From Candidatus Binatia bacterium (lineage in GTDB: Bacteria > Desulfobacterota > Binatia > DP-6), in the NCBI GenBank assembly GCA_046327955.1, contig JAXLXP010000007.1:56029-120028 (forward strand): a stretch of 64,000 bases of DNA, given 5' to 3'. Positions 46,505 through 53,985 of this stretch are shown piece after piece. The notes under the pieces are model-generated. The model made no database searches. It saw only the letters and a program-made list of their open reading frames with translations, and was not told where the DNA came from. A program made the position numbers and the translations under genes. Each line of letters starts with the position of its first letter. Position 1 is the stretch's first letter.

Positions 46505-47691
46505 CAGCAGCTTCCGCCCTTGGCGGCATTCCCGCCGCACCCGTTGCCGACCGCGTCGGTCGTCACGCGATACTCCTGGCCCTTCGTCTCCCGCGGATGG
46601 CGCTCGAGCGCTTCCCCCGTGCACGGAAACGCGGGCGCATCCTCGAGGGGGATCAGCACGCGCGGCGGGATGAGTTCCAGGTGCGCGCGGTAGGGCTCCT
46701 GCGAGTAGATGCGGAACGTCTTCTCACAGACGGCCGTTCGCATACCCCTACGCAGCACGTGCCCGTCGTCGTCCTCCACCTGCCGGAAGGGGCCACGATA
46801 GACGACCGCGTGCTTCTGGTCCCAGCACGGCCCCTCCTTGCCCTTGTAGGCCGCGACTGTCACGCTCCGAAACTCGATGCCCTGGACTGTCCGCCAGGGC
46901 TCGGTCTGGCGCTCAAGGAGCGTCACGCCGTAGAAGCTTGCGGCTTCGAACGCGGCGAGGAAGATATCCTCACGCAGCGCCCCCGCGATGCAGCCGCTCC
47001 AGAGTTCCGGGTCTCGCTGGATGGGCTCCGGGACATCCTCATCGCTCACGATGTCGGAGATGACGGCCCGCCCGCCGCGCCGCAGCACGCGGAAGATCTC
47101 AGCAAAGAGCTCTCGCTTGTCCTCTGGGCGCACGAGGTTCAGGACGCAGTTGGAGATGACGACGTCGACCGACTGGTCCGCCACCAGCGGTCGAAGACGC
47201 CGCTGCTCCGCAATCCGCGCCTCCAGGCGTGCGAGGTCCGTCTCCGAGCGAACGGGTTCCGCGCGCAGGAGATCGTCGAGCCACTCGCGGTCGAGGCGCA
47301 GGTCCTGGATCTTCCCCTTCTGGAAGCTCGTGTTCGCATAGCCGACCCGTCGGGCCACCTCGGGGGCGTTCCGGCGCGCCACCGCGAGCATGTCGTCGTT
47401 CATGTCGACGCCGATGACCCGCCCGGTCGGGCCGACCACCTGGCTCGCGAGGAAGCACACCTTGCCGCTGCCCGAGCCCAGATCCAGCACGGTCTCGCCT
47501 GGCCCCACGTGTCGCGTTGGATCGCCGCAGCCGTAGTCCCGCGCCAGCACCTCTTCGGGGAGTGCGGCGAGCAACCGCGAATCGTACGAGGTCGGACAGC
47601 AGAGCGCCGGCTCCGCCGTCCGCGCGCCTGCGGAGTAGCGCTCTCGAACGGCAGCCTCGACGTCGATCCCTTGTTGAGCCTGCTCGGACAT
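46501..47691 (-). CDS. arsM: Arsenite S-adenosylmethionine methyltransferase
   Basis: GGGAGGAAG RBS then ATG at 47691: MSEQAQQGIDVEAAVRERYSAGARTAEPALCCPTSYD...DYGCGDPT...VLDLGSGSG..., with a Cys-rich C-terminus. Confidence 0.9.
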   Translation of the reverse strand: MSEQAQQGIDVEAAVRERYSAGARTAEPALCCPTSYDSRLLAALPEEVLARDYGCGDPTRHVGPGETVLDLGSGSGKVCFLASQVVGPTGRVIGVDMNDDMLAVARRNAPEVARRVGYANTSFQKGKIQDLRLDREWLDDLLRAEPVRSETDLARLEARIAEQRRLRPLVADQSVDVVISNCVLNLVRPEDKRELFAEIFRVLRRGGRAVISDIVSDEDVPEPIQRDPELWSGCIAGALREDIFLAAFEAASFYGVTLLERQTEPWRTVQGIEFRSVTVAAYKGKEGPCWDQKHAVVYRGPFRQVEDDDGHVLRRGMRTAVCEKTFRIYSQEPYRAHLELIPPRVLIPLEDAPAFPCTGEALERHPRETKGQEYRVTTDAVGNGCGGNAAKGGSCC

Positions 47692-47704
47692 GTCTTCCTC
47701 CCGT

Positions 47705-48511
47705 TCAGGAAACTGCGAGGATGCCATCCTCGATCCAGCGGAGCAGGAGCTGCGCCGCTTCGCGCACCGCCTCCTCCGAGCCCACCACCGACTCCAGGGC
47801 CGCACACACGCTGGCGAACGGCTCGCCGCAAATCACACGCCCGAGGGCCAGATGCTCCTCCACACCCATGCTTGCCTGGTACACCATGAATCCATCACGC
47901 CAGACCCGAAGCGACGTCCTCGTCGGGCGTACGCCCTCGGGAGGCCCGCCCTCCTCGGCGGCCGCCCACAGCTCGTGGACCGGCCAGGCGCTGTGGAGGA
48001 GCTGGACCGCCGGCACCAACCGGAAGATGAGGCGCGGCCACTCCGGCAGCGCGACCGCACCCAGGTCGTCGACGCGCAGCCGTTGCGCGTCGGGCGCATC
48101 GAAGACCGCCAAGCGGGCCCACTCGAGCCGCGCGAGATCGGCTAGAAACGGCAGCCCCTCGATCTCGGGTCCCAGAGCAAGGAACGCCGCAAACCGCTCG
48201 CCGACGTGCCGAACGGACGGGTGCAGCGACGGGTTCCGCGCCAGGTAGGTGCGCACTACAGCGTCAAACCGCTCCGCACCGAGGATCGCCGCCACGCGCG
48301 GGAAGTCCTCGCTCAGCACGTCGTGCAGCCGTGCCCAGTACATCTGCGCGTAGATGTCGAGGCGGTCTACGGGCCCCAGCGGCCCTCGCCCCTCCACCAC
48401 CCGCACGAGGGCCGGGTCAAACTCCTCCGACGCTGACGGCCCGGGGCTCGCCGCGATCGAGCGGAAGAAGGACGTCTGCAGGTCATGCAGAGCGAGCACG
48501 GGCACCTCCAA
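47705..48511 (-). CDS. bufC: DUF2063 protein (BufC/HvfC-type partner of the MNIO enzyme)
   Basis: 268 aa: ...LQTSFFRSI...DRLDIYAQMYWARLHDVLSEDFPRV... Overlaps the DUF692 gene by 29 nt. Confidence 0.85.
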   Translation of the reverse strand: MEVPVLALHDLQTSFFRSIAASPGPSASEEFDPALVRVVEGRGPLGPVDRLDIYAQMYWARLHDVLSEDFPRVAAILGAERFDAVVRTYLARNPSLHPSVRHVGERFAAFLALGPEIEGLPFLADLARLEWARLAVFDAPDAQRLRVDDLGAVALPEWPRLIFRLVPAVQLLHSAWPVHELWAAAEEGGPPEGVRPTRTSLRVWRDGFMVYQASMGVEEHLALGRVICGEPFASVCAALESVVGSEEAVREAAQLLLRWIEDGILAVS

Positions 48512-49331
48512 TGACCTCCGTTTCTACGGCGCGGGCGCACTCCGCTTCCGCGCACAGGACCTCCCATTCGGGGATCTGATCGTCCCACTCGACGAGCGTG
48601 GAGACGGGGCCGAAGCGGCGCAGCGCCAGGCGATAGAGGTCCCACACCGCGGGGACAACGTGTCCGTCGTGCGTGTCGAGGAGATGCGTCCCCTTGTCGC
48701 TGTGGCCCGCCAGGTGGATCTGGCCGACCCGATCGGCGGGCATGGCCATCACGTAGGCGGCCGCGTCGAACCCGTGGTTCACGCTGCTCACGTAGACGTT
48801 GTTCACATCCAACAGGATGCCGCAGTCGGCGCGCTCGGCGATCTCGGCCAGAAACTGCCACTCGGGCATGACCGAGTGCTTGAAGGTGAGGTAGCTCGAG
48901 ACGTTCTCGACGAGGATCTGCCGATTGAGCCGATCCTGCGCCCGCCGCACTCGCTCCACGACGTGCGTCAGCGCCTCCTCGGTATACGGCAGCGGCAGCA
49001 GGTCGTGCGCGTAGTGGCCGCCGATGCTGCCCCAGCAGAGGTGATCCGACACCCACGCAGGCTCGAAGCGATCCGCCAGCACGCGGAGCGCGGTGAGATA
49101 GGTTTCGTTCAGGGGATCGGTCGAGCCGAGCGACAGCGACACGCCGTGAAGGACGAGCTGGGCCAGCGCCCGGGCCCGCTCGAGCACCGCCAGCGGCCGG
49201 CCGCCCCGGATCATGAAGTTCTCCGAGATCGCTTCGAACCAGTCGATCTGCGCCGTGCCCTCGAGCACGCGGGGAAAGTGCTTCGTGCGCAGCCCGACGC
49301 CGTGACCGAGATATGGAACGATGCACGCCAT
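48483..49331 (-). CDS. bufB: DUF692 / MNIO (multinuclear non-heme iron oxidative) enzyme, MbnB/BufB-type
   Basis: MACIVPYLGHGVGLRTKHFPRVLEGTAQIDWFEAISENFM...VSDHLCW...ILVENVSSY...LLDVNNVYVS...IHLAGH. The start is either the ATG at 49331 or the track start at 49352. Confidence 0.9.
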   Translation of the reverse strand: MACIVPYLGHGVGLRTKHFPRVLEGTAQIDWFEAISENFMIRGGRPLAVLERARALAQLVLHGVSLSLGSTDPLNETYLTALRVLADRFEPAWVSDHLCWGSIGGHYAHDLLPLPYTEEALTHVVERVRRAQDRLNRQILVENVSSYLTFKHSVMPEWQFLAEIAERADCGILLDVNNVYVSSVNHGFDAAAYVMAMPADRVGQIHLAGHSDKGTHLLDTHDGHVVPAVWDLYRLALRRFGPVSTLVEWDDQIPEWEVLCAEAECARAVETEVIGGARARSA

Positions 49332-49407
49332 CTGCGTTTCCCTCTTCGACACCCGGAGGCGGTCGGGTCCCTGGCTGTCAGCCAGGGACCCTCCCCGCGA
49401 TCGCTCA

Positions 49408-49677
49408 CTACAGCTTCTTGGGTTCGATGACTTTGCCGCCCTGCTTTGCGCACTCCTCGGCGCTGCTCACGTCCACGAATCCCTTCCCCTTGCAGGCGTT
49501 CTTACCCTTGCAGGCATTCTCCGCCCCGGCGCAGCTGCCCTTCCCCTTGCACGCGTTGATGCCGGCGCAGTGCACCTCACTCCCCGCCTTGTCCGTGGCC
49601 CGTGCCACGACTCCGCCCGACAGCAGCAGCGCGGCGGCCGCGCTCGCGATCAGAATGCCTCTTCCGACTGTGTTCAT
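49408..49677 (-). CDS. bufA: Bufferin-type RiPP precursor (DUF2282-related, 6-Cys class) with Sec signal peptide
   Basis: MNTVGRGILIASAAAALLLSGGVVARA / TDKAGSEVHCAGINACKGKGSCAGAENACKGKNACKGKGFVDVSSAEECAKQGGKVIEPKKL. Six Cys, reiterated AC-KGK units, directly upstream of the MNIO gene. Confidence 0.8.
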   Translation of the reverse strand: MNTVGRGILIASAAAALLLSGGVVARATDKAGSEVHCAGINACKGKGSCAGAENACKGKNACKGKGFVDVSSAEECAKQGGKVIEPKKL

Positions 49678-49760
49678 CCGTCTCTCCTCATGGTTGATTG
49701 TGGGTGGGCTCGGCTGGCCCGTCGATCCAGCGCCCCAATGGCGCCGGATTGGCTCACCGT

Positions 49761-50453
49761 CTACGGCTGCTTCTCACCTTCATGCGCATCCGGGACGGCC
49801 GCGAAGAGGTTGACGTCGACCGTCCCCTCGGTGCCGACTACGTCCGCCAGCTGCTGCACCCGGGCAAGCCAGCCGGCGGTGTTCTTGGGGCTCACACCAT
49901 ACTTCTCCCGGTCGAACTGCTCGATGCGAGCGCGGATGCGGAGCGTCCGCGTCGAGCCGTAGGTGCCGGGTGGCAAGTAGATCACCGTCCCCTGGATGCG
50001 CTCCCGGCGGTGATCGTCGCGCGGCCGGCCGCAGATCGTGAACGTGCCCTCGGTGGTGAAGGCCACCGGCTTCTTGGGCTCGACCGGGGGTGGCAGCTTG
50101 ACGGCCGGCACCTCGAGGGTGAACGTGCACTGGGCCGGCTCCATCTTCTTGTTGGTGGCCCACTGGCCGAAGTGCTCAGTCTTCGTGTCGTCGTTGTCGA
50201 CGCGGATGGAGGTCAGGGGGACCGAGCAGGTTGCATGGCCTTCCAGCTTTCCCTCGTCGACCGTCAACGTACAGCCGACCGCGGAGCTTAGGGCCATGAT
50301 GCGCTCCCCGATGGTCGAGTCGAAGACCGCGGTAAAGGCGTTGTTACCGACCTCGGGATCCACGGTGAACTTCGTGTCGGCAACCGCGGGCGCGGCCAAG
50401 AGCGCCACCACCATCACGGCGGCCAACGGCAGGTGGATGACACGCGACCTCAT
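49761..50453 (-). CDS. Periplasmic YceI-like protein
   Basis: ATG at 50453: MRSRVIHLPLAAVMVVALLAAPAVADTKFTVDPEVGNNAFTAVFDS...SIRVDNDDTKTEHF. Signal peptide plus a YceI-like pattern; moderate resemblance. Confidence 0.55.
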   Translation of the reverse strand: MRSRVIHLPLAAVMVVALLAAPAVADTKFTVDPEVGNNAFTAVFDSTIGERIMALSSAVGCTLTVDEGKLEGHATCSVPLTSIRVDNDDTKTEHFGQWATNKKMEPAQCTFTLEVPAVKLPPPVEPKKPVAFTTEGTFTICGRPRDDHRRERIQGTVIYLPPGTYGSTRTLRIRARIEQFDREKYGVSPKNTAGWLARVQQLADVVGTEGTVDVNLFAAVPDAHEGEKQP

Positions 50454-50521
50454 AGGCAACCCCCCAAATGTCAGGATGCCCGTTGGATGCGGCTCGGCCT
50501 GTCGTGTCGCATGCCCCAGCG

Positions 50522-50800
50522 TCAGCGGCCGGCCGCAAACCGCTCCCGCAGGGCACGCCGGACTCGGAGGCATACTTCCTCGGGGATCTCGTCAGCAGGC
50601 AGCTCGCCGGTCAGCTTGATGACCGTCGCGTAGGTGCGGGCGAACGCCTCGCAGTCAGGGCAGTTCTGCAGATGCCGCGTGATGATCGCGGTCAGCTTCG
50701 GCTCGAGCAGGCCCTCGAAGTAGTCGTGCAGGACGGCCACGACCTCCTCGCAGCTCCGCTTGCCCAGCACGCGCATCATGCGTCCCATGACCTGCTTCAT
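50522..50800 (-). CDS. Cytoplasmic ZAS-family anti-sigma factor (RsrA-like, C-x26-HxxxCxxC)
   Basis: 92 aa: MKQVMGRMMRVLGKRSCEEVVAVLHDYFEGLLEPKLTAIITRHLQNCPDCEAF. ATGA overlap with the sigma gene. No TM segment. Confidence 0.75.
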   Translation of the reverse strand: MKQVMGRMMRVLGKRSCEEVVAVLHDYFEGLLEPKLTAIITRHLQNCPDCEAFARTYATVIKLTGELPADEIPEEVCLRVRRALRERFAAGR

Positions 50801-51516
50801 CGTTCGTCTCCAACGTGCTGCGCGAGCTGTGCTCTGAGCCAGAGTCGCGCTCGGTGGAGCCGGCTGCGGGTGGCTGACACCGTGAGCCCAGTCGCCGCCG
50901 CGATGTCCTCGTGACTCTGGCCCTCCCCGTCCTTCAACCAGACGATCGCCCGATCGAGCTCCGGGAGCGCGTCGAGCGCGGTCTTGAGAGCGGCGCGCAG
51001 CTCCGCCCGGCGCACGGGGGCCTCCGCCGACTCCGCCCAGTCGGGCACGGCCTGCGCATGCATGCCCATCCAATTGAACTTCGGGAGGTCCTCCTCGGAG
51101 ATCACCCGCGTGTGCGCCGGAGCCCTCCGGCGCATGAACGCGCAATTGACCGCGATCCGGTAGAGCCAGGACCCGAACGCCGCGTCACCGCGGAAGCCAT
51201 CGAGCTTCTCGAAGGCGGCCAGCAACGCCTCCTGGTACACATCGGCGGCCTCGGTGGGATCGCGGGTGATGCGAAGGATGCCCCGGTAGACCGGGCGCTC
51301 GTAAGGCTGAATCAGTTCCTCGAACGCCGGCAGGTCGCCCTGCCGCACGCGCGCGACGAGCGCAGCCTCCTCCGGGGCCCGCGTCCCGACCGTACTGGTA
51401 CCAGCGTCATCCACCCGTGCGGTCCTCCTGACGTTGGATGCAGCTGCGGTGTCGGCGTTGTACGGCGCACCCCCCCGCAACGGCCGAACCGCCCCGCGCA
51501 TCAAGATCTCGGACAC
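50797..51516 (-). CDS. ECF-type RNA polymerase sigma factor (start uncertain, probably downstream of 51516)
   Basis: ...ALVARVRQGDLPAFEELIQPYERPVYRGILRITRDPTEAADVYQEALLAAF...LPELDRAIVWLKDGEGQSHEDIAAATGLTVSATRSRLHRAR. Confidence 0.9.
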   Translation of the reverse strand: MSEILMRGAVRPLRGGAPYNADTAAASNVRRTARVDDAGTSTVGTRAPEEAALVARVRQGDLPAFEELIQPYERPVYRGILRITRDPTEAADVYQEALLAAFEKLDGFRGDAAFGSWLYRIAVNCAFMRRRAPAHTRVISEEDLPKFNWMGMHAQAVPDWAESAEAPVRRAELRAALKTALDALPELDRAIVWLKDGEGQSHEDIAAATGLTVSATRSRLHRARLWLRAQLAQHVGDER

Positions 51517-51570
51517 CTATGGACCGTCAACCCGGCGGGAACATTGACGATCGGTCCTTCCGCGCCCGCG
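51432..51570. repeat. Copy A of a ~138-bp direct repeat (sigma-gene upstream region plus a dead 5' end of the thioredoxin-like gene)
   Basis: cgttggatgcagctgcggtgtcggcgttgtacggcgcaccc...atggaccgtcaacccggcgggaacattgacgatcggtccttcc aligns, with scattered mismatches and small indels, to 53153-53289. Confidence 0.8.
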
Positions 51571-51609
51571 ACCATTCTCGTATGGTGCCGCTATGCCGCT
51601 GAGGGCTGC

Positions 51610-52266
51610 GTGAGCGACCGTCGGGGCGCCCTCTGCGTCTTTGCCAAGCCCCCTATGCCTGGACGGGTCAAGACGCGGCTCGTGCCGGCCCTGGGGGTCG
51701 AGGGGGCGGCCCATCTCGCACATGCTGTTCTCTGCGATACCTGGTCCAGCGCCCGGGCCCTTCCCTGGGCCAGTCCTATCCTCGCCACGACCCACGTCTT
51801 CCCGCCCGCCCTCCGGCCCGCACCGGATGCCGTCGTGTGGATGCAGGGCAGCGGAGACCTGGGACGCCGCATCGAGCGGATCCTCGCCCGCGCGCTCGGG
51901 CGCTTCCCGTTCGCGATCGCACTCGGCGCGGACACGCCCGGCCTGCCCGTCCGGTTCCTCGAGGAAGCACGGGTGGCACTCGGCTCGGCCGACGCGGTTG
52001 TCGGTCCCACGGAGGACGGTGGCTTCTATCTCCTGGGCCTCAGGCGGTGTCCGCGGGGCCTCCTCGCCGGCCTGCCGTGGAGCGATCGCGACACTTGCGC
52101 GCGCACGCTCGAGCGGCTACGGGCCCGCGGACTCATCACCGTCGTCCTGGATTCGTGGTTTGACATCGACCGCCCGGAAGATCTGGACCGCTTGCGGGCA
52201 CTCCTTGGGCGCGGCGAACTCGCGGCGCCGGCGACATGCCGGGCGCTGGGGCGGACGCAGGCCTGA
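51610..52266 (+). CDS. TIGR04282-type (DUF2064) arsenosugar-associated glycosyltransferase
   Basis: GTG at 51610: VSDRRGALCVFAKPPMPGRVKTRLVPALG...GDLGRRIERI...IALGADTPGLP...VVGPTEDGGFYLLGL... Confidence 0.8.
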   Translation: MSDRRGALCVFAKPPMPGRVKTRLVPALGVEGAAHLAHAVLCDTWSSARALPWASPILATTHVFPPALRPAPDAVVWMQGSGDLGRRIERILARALGRFPFAIALGADTPGLPVRFLEEARVALGSADAVVGPTEDGGFYLLGLRRCPRGLLAGLPWSDRDTCARTLERLRARGLITVVLDSWFDIDRPEDLDRLRALLGRGELAAPATCRALGRTQA

Positions 52267-53003
52267 AGCTGTCCTGGCGGAGACGCAGGCGCCAGACGCC
52301 GCCCGCCGCGCGGCCGGGCGGCATCTCGATCATCGTTCCCGTCATCGACGAGGAGCGCCGCATCGGGCAGCGCCTGAAGGAGCTGCGCGGAACCCCGGAC
52401 GTGGCCGAGGTGATCGTCGTCGATGGCGGGAGCAGAGACCGCACGCTGGAGATCGTGCGAGGATGTCCAGGGGTGCGCCTGCTTGCAGCGCTGCGGGGTC
52501 GTGGCGTGCAGATGAACGCGGGCGCCAGGGCTGCGTCGGGCGACGTGCTCCTTTTCCTGCACGCAGACGTCTCCCTTCCCCCCGATGCCACCGCATGCGT
52601 CGCCCGGGCACTCGCCGCTCCGGAGGTGGTCGCAGGAGCGTTTCGCACCTGGACCGTCGACGATGCCGGCCGCTCCTGCCTCACACCGCTCTTGCATCTC
52701 GCGGATCTGCGCTCGCGCGTCGCGCGCTTGCCGTACGGGGATCAGGCGGTCTTCGTTCGTCGCGAAGCGTTCGTGCGTGTCGGTGGCTTCCCCGACCAAC
52801 CGCTCATGGAGGACCTCGAGCTGGCGCGCCGCCTGAGGAGAATCGGGCGGATTGTCGTGGTACCTGCCGTCGTCCGCGTCTCCGGACGCCGCTTCCTCGC
52901 CCATCCACTGTCTGCCATTCTGACCATGCGACTGTTCCCGCTCCTGTATCGCCTGGGTGTCTCGGCGCGGGTACTCGACCGGCTCTACGGGCGCCCGCGC
53001 TGA
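52236..53003 (+). CDS. TIGR04283-type family-2 glycosyltransferase (arsenosugar-associated)
   Basis: ISIIVPVIDEERRIGQRLKEL...VIVVDGGSRDRT...LLFLHADVSLP...LPYGDQAVFVRREAF...MEDLELARRLRR. Confidence 0.85.
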   Translation: MPGAGADAGLKLSWRRRRRQTPPAARPGGISIIVPVIDEERRIGQRLKELRGTPDVAEVIVVDGGSRDRTLEIVRGCPGVRLLAALRGRGVQMNAGARAASGDVLLFLHADVSLPPDATACVARALAAPEVVAGAFRTWTVDDAGRSCLTPLLHLADLRSRVARLPYGDQAVFVRREAFVRVGGFPDQPLMEDLELARRLRRIGRIVVVPAVVRVSGRRFLAHPLSAILTMRLFPLLYRLGVSARVLDRLYGRPR

Positions 53004-53020
53004 CGCCTCCCGCCCTCGTC

Positions 53021-53155
53021 TCAGCGCCGCAGCGCGCGCCATCGCTCGAAGAGCCGCCGGACGCGCGGGGTGAGCCGGCTCCGGCTGTAGGCGTCCCCGG
53101 CATTCTTCATCACCTCCGCCTGGGTGGGGTACGGATGGATCGCGGCCGCGATCGT
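53021..53155 (-). pseudogene. 3' remnant (~45 codons) of a pyridine nucleotide-disulfide oxidoreductase (dimerisation-domain tail)
   Basis: The minus-strand tail reads ...TIAAAIHPYPTQAEVMKNAGDAYSRSRLTPRVRRLFERWRALRR-stop. The upstream part is replaced by repeat copy B. Confidence 0.5.
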
Positions 53156-53289
53156 TGGATGCAGCTCCGGTGTCGGTGTCGTACGGCACACCCGTGCAAC
53201 AGCCGAACCGTCCCCCGCATCAAGACATCGGGCACCCATGGACCGCCAACCCGCCGAGATCGTTGACGATCGATCCTTCCCCACCCGCG
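53153..53289. repeat. Copy B of the ~138-bp direct repeat (functional promoter/5' end of the thioredoxin-like gene)
   Basis: See 51432-51570. Confidence 0.8.
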
Positions 53290-53879
53290 TGCTCGAACCC
53301 CGGCACCCGACGCTGGTGCTCTTCACTGCCCGGGATTGTCTCCCGTGCGACTTCCTGGCGCACCGGCTTCCGGCCATGGCCTCGGACCTCGAGGGTTCGA
53401 TCGACATCGTCTGCTGCGCGACCGAGGCCAGCCCGCGGACGGTCCAGCGGTACAACATCGCCCGGACCCCGACTCTCCTCCTGTTCATGGACGGCGGACT
53501 GATTGCCTCGCGAGTCGGACCTGCCCCTCTCCCGGTGATCCGGCGCTGGGTCGTAGAGGCCCTGAAGGGCCACGTGGAGGTCGAAACGGAACAGGACGCG
53601 CCGATCTCTGGGGGAGGAGGACCCATGAACGCGGTGCGGGTCTTCTTCCGGCATGTCGTGAGTCGCCCGATCGTCCTGCGATCCTGCGGAGTCGCGAGTG
53701 TGGTCGCCCCTGTGCTGCTTCTCCTGAATCACGCGGATTCTCTGCTGAGCAGTCCCTTGAGTTACCCCGCCCTGCGGAAGCTCGCTCTCAACTTCGTTGT
53801 CCCTTATCTCGTTTCCTCGTACTCCTCGGCACGGGCCGCGACCCGATGGGCTGCCACCGATCCCGGAGCGACACCATGA
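53238..53879 (+). CDS. Thioredoxin-like protein (DCLPC) continuous with a NrtS-like membrane module
   Basis: MDRQPAEIVDDRSFPTRVLEPRHPTLVLFTARDCLPCDFL...RTPTLLLFMDG. After a Gly-rich linker comes MNAVRVFFRHVVSRPIVLRSCGVASVVAPVLLLLNHADSLL...LNFVVPYLVSSYS (NrtS pattern). An internal GGAGGAGG plus the ATG at 53625 could also give a separate product. Confidence 0.7.
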   Translation: MDRQPAEIVDDRSFPTRVLEPRHPTLVLFTARDCLPCDFLAHRLPAMASDLEGSIDIVCCATEASPRTVQRYNIARTPTLLLFMDGGLIASRVGPAPLPVIRRWVVEALKGHVEVETEQDAPISGGGGPMNAVRVFFRHVVSRPIVLRSCGVASVVAPVLLLLNHADSLLSSPLSYPALRKLALNFVVPYLVSSYSSARAATRWAATDPGATP

Positions 53880-53926
53880 CCCGGCCCGGCAGTCCTGCCC
53901 AGAGGCCCGGGCTTTCCGACGGGACG
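53876..53926 (+). pseudogene. Patatin-like phospholipase gene, first 17 codons (split by the IS701-family element; continues at 59442)
   Basis: The ATG at 53876 overlaps the upstream stop (ATGA): MTRPGSPAQRPGLSDGT. Rejoined at 59442 it gives ...DGT-ALVLSGGGITGFLYQIGVRAAL...FDLFVGTSAG (GGGxxG and GxSxG motifs). Confidence 0.6.
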
Positions 53927-53985
53927 CCTAGTACTACTGTGTCATAAACCTTGCGGGGCCGGCCGTGGTATGGCACGAGTCAGCC

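Noticed and set aside
51432-51570. Looked for a SigR-type promoter (GGAAT-N18-GTT) and for sigma70 boxes in the duplicated intergenic segment.
   Set aside because: Only partial matches with wrong spacing (GGAT-N17-GTT in copy A, not conserved in copy B). No confident promoter call is possible from sequence alone.
53625-53879. A separate NrtS-like gene call starting at the internal ATG 53625.
   Set aside because: There is no stop codon between the thioredoxin-like part and this ATG, so a single CDS was reported. The alternative is kept as a note in the findings.
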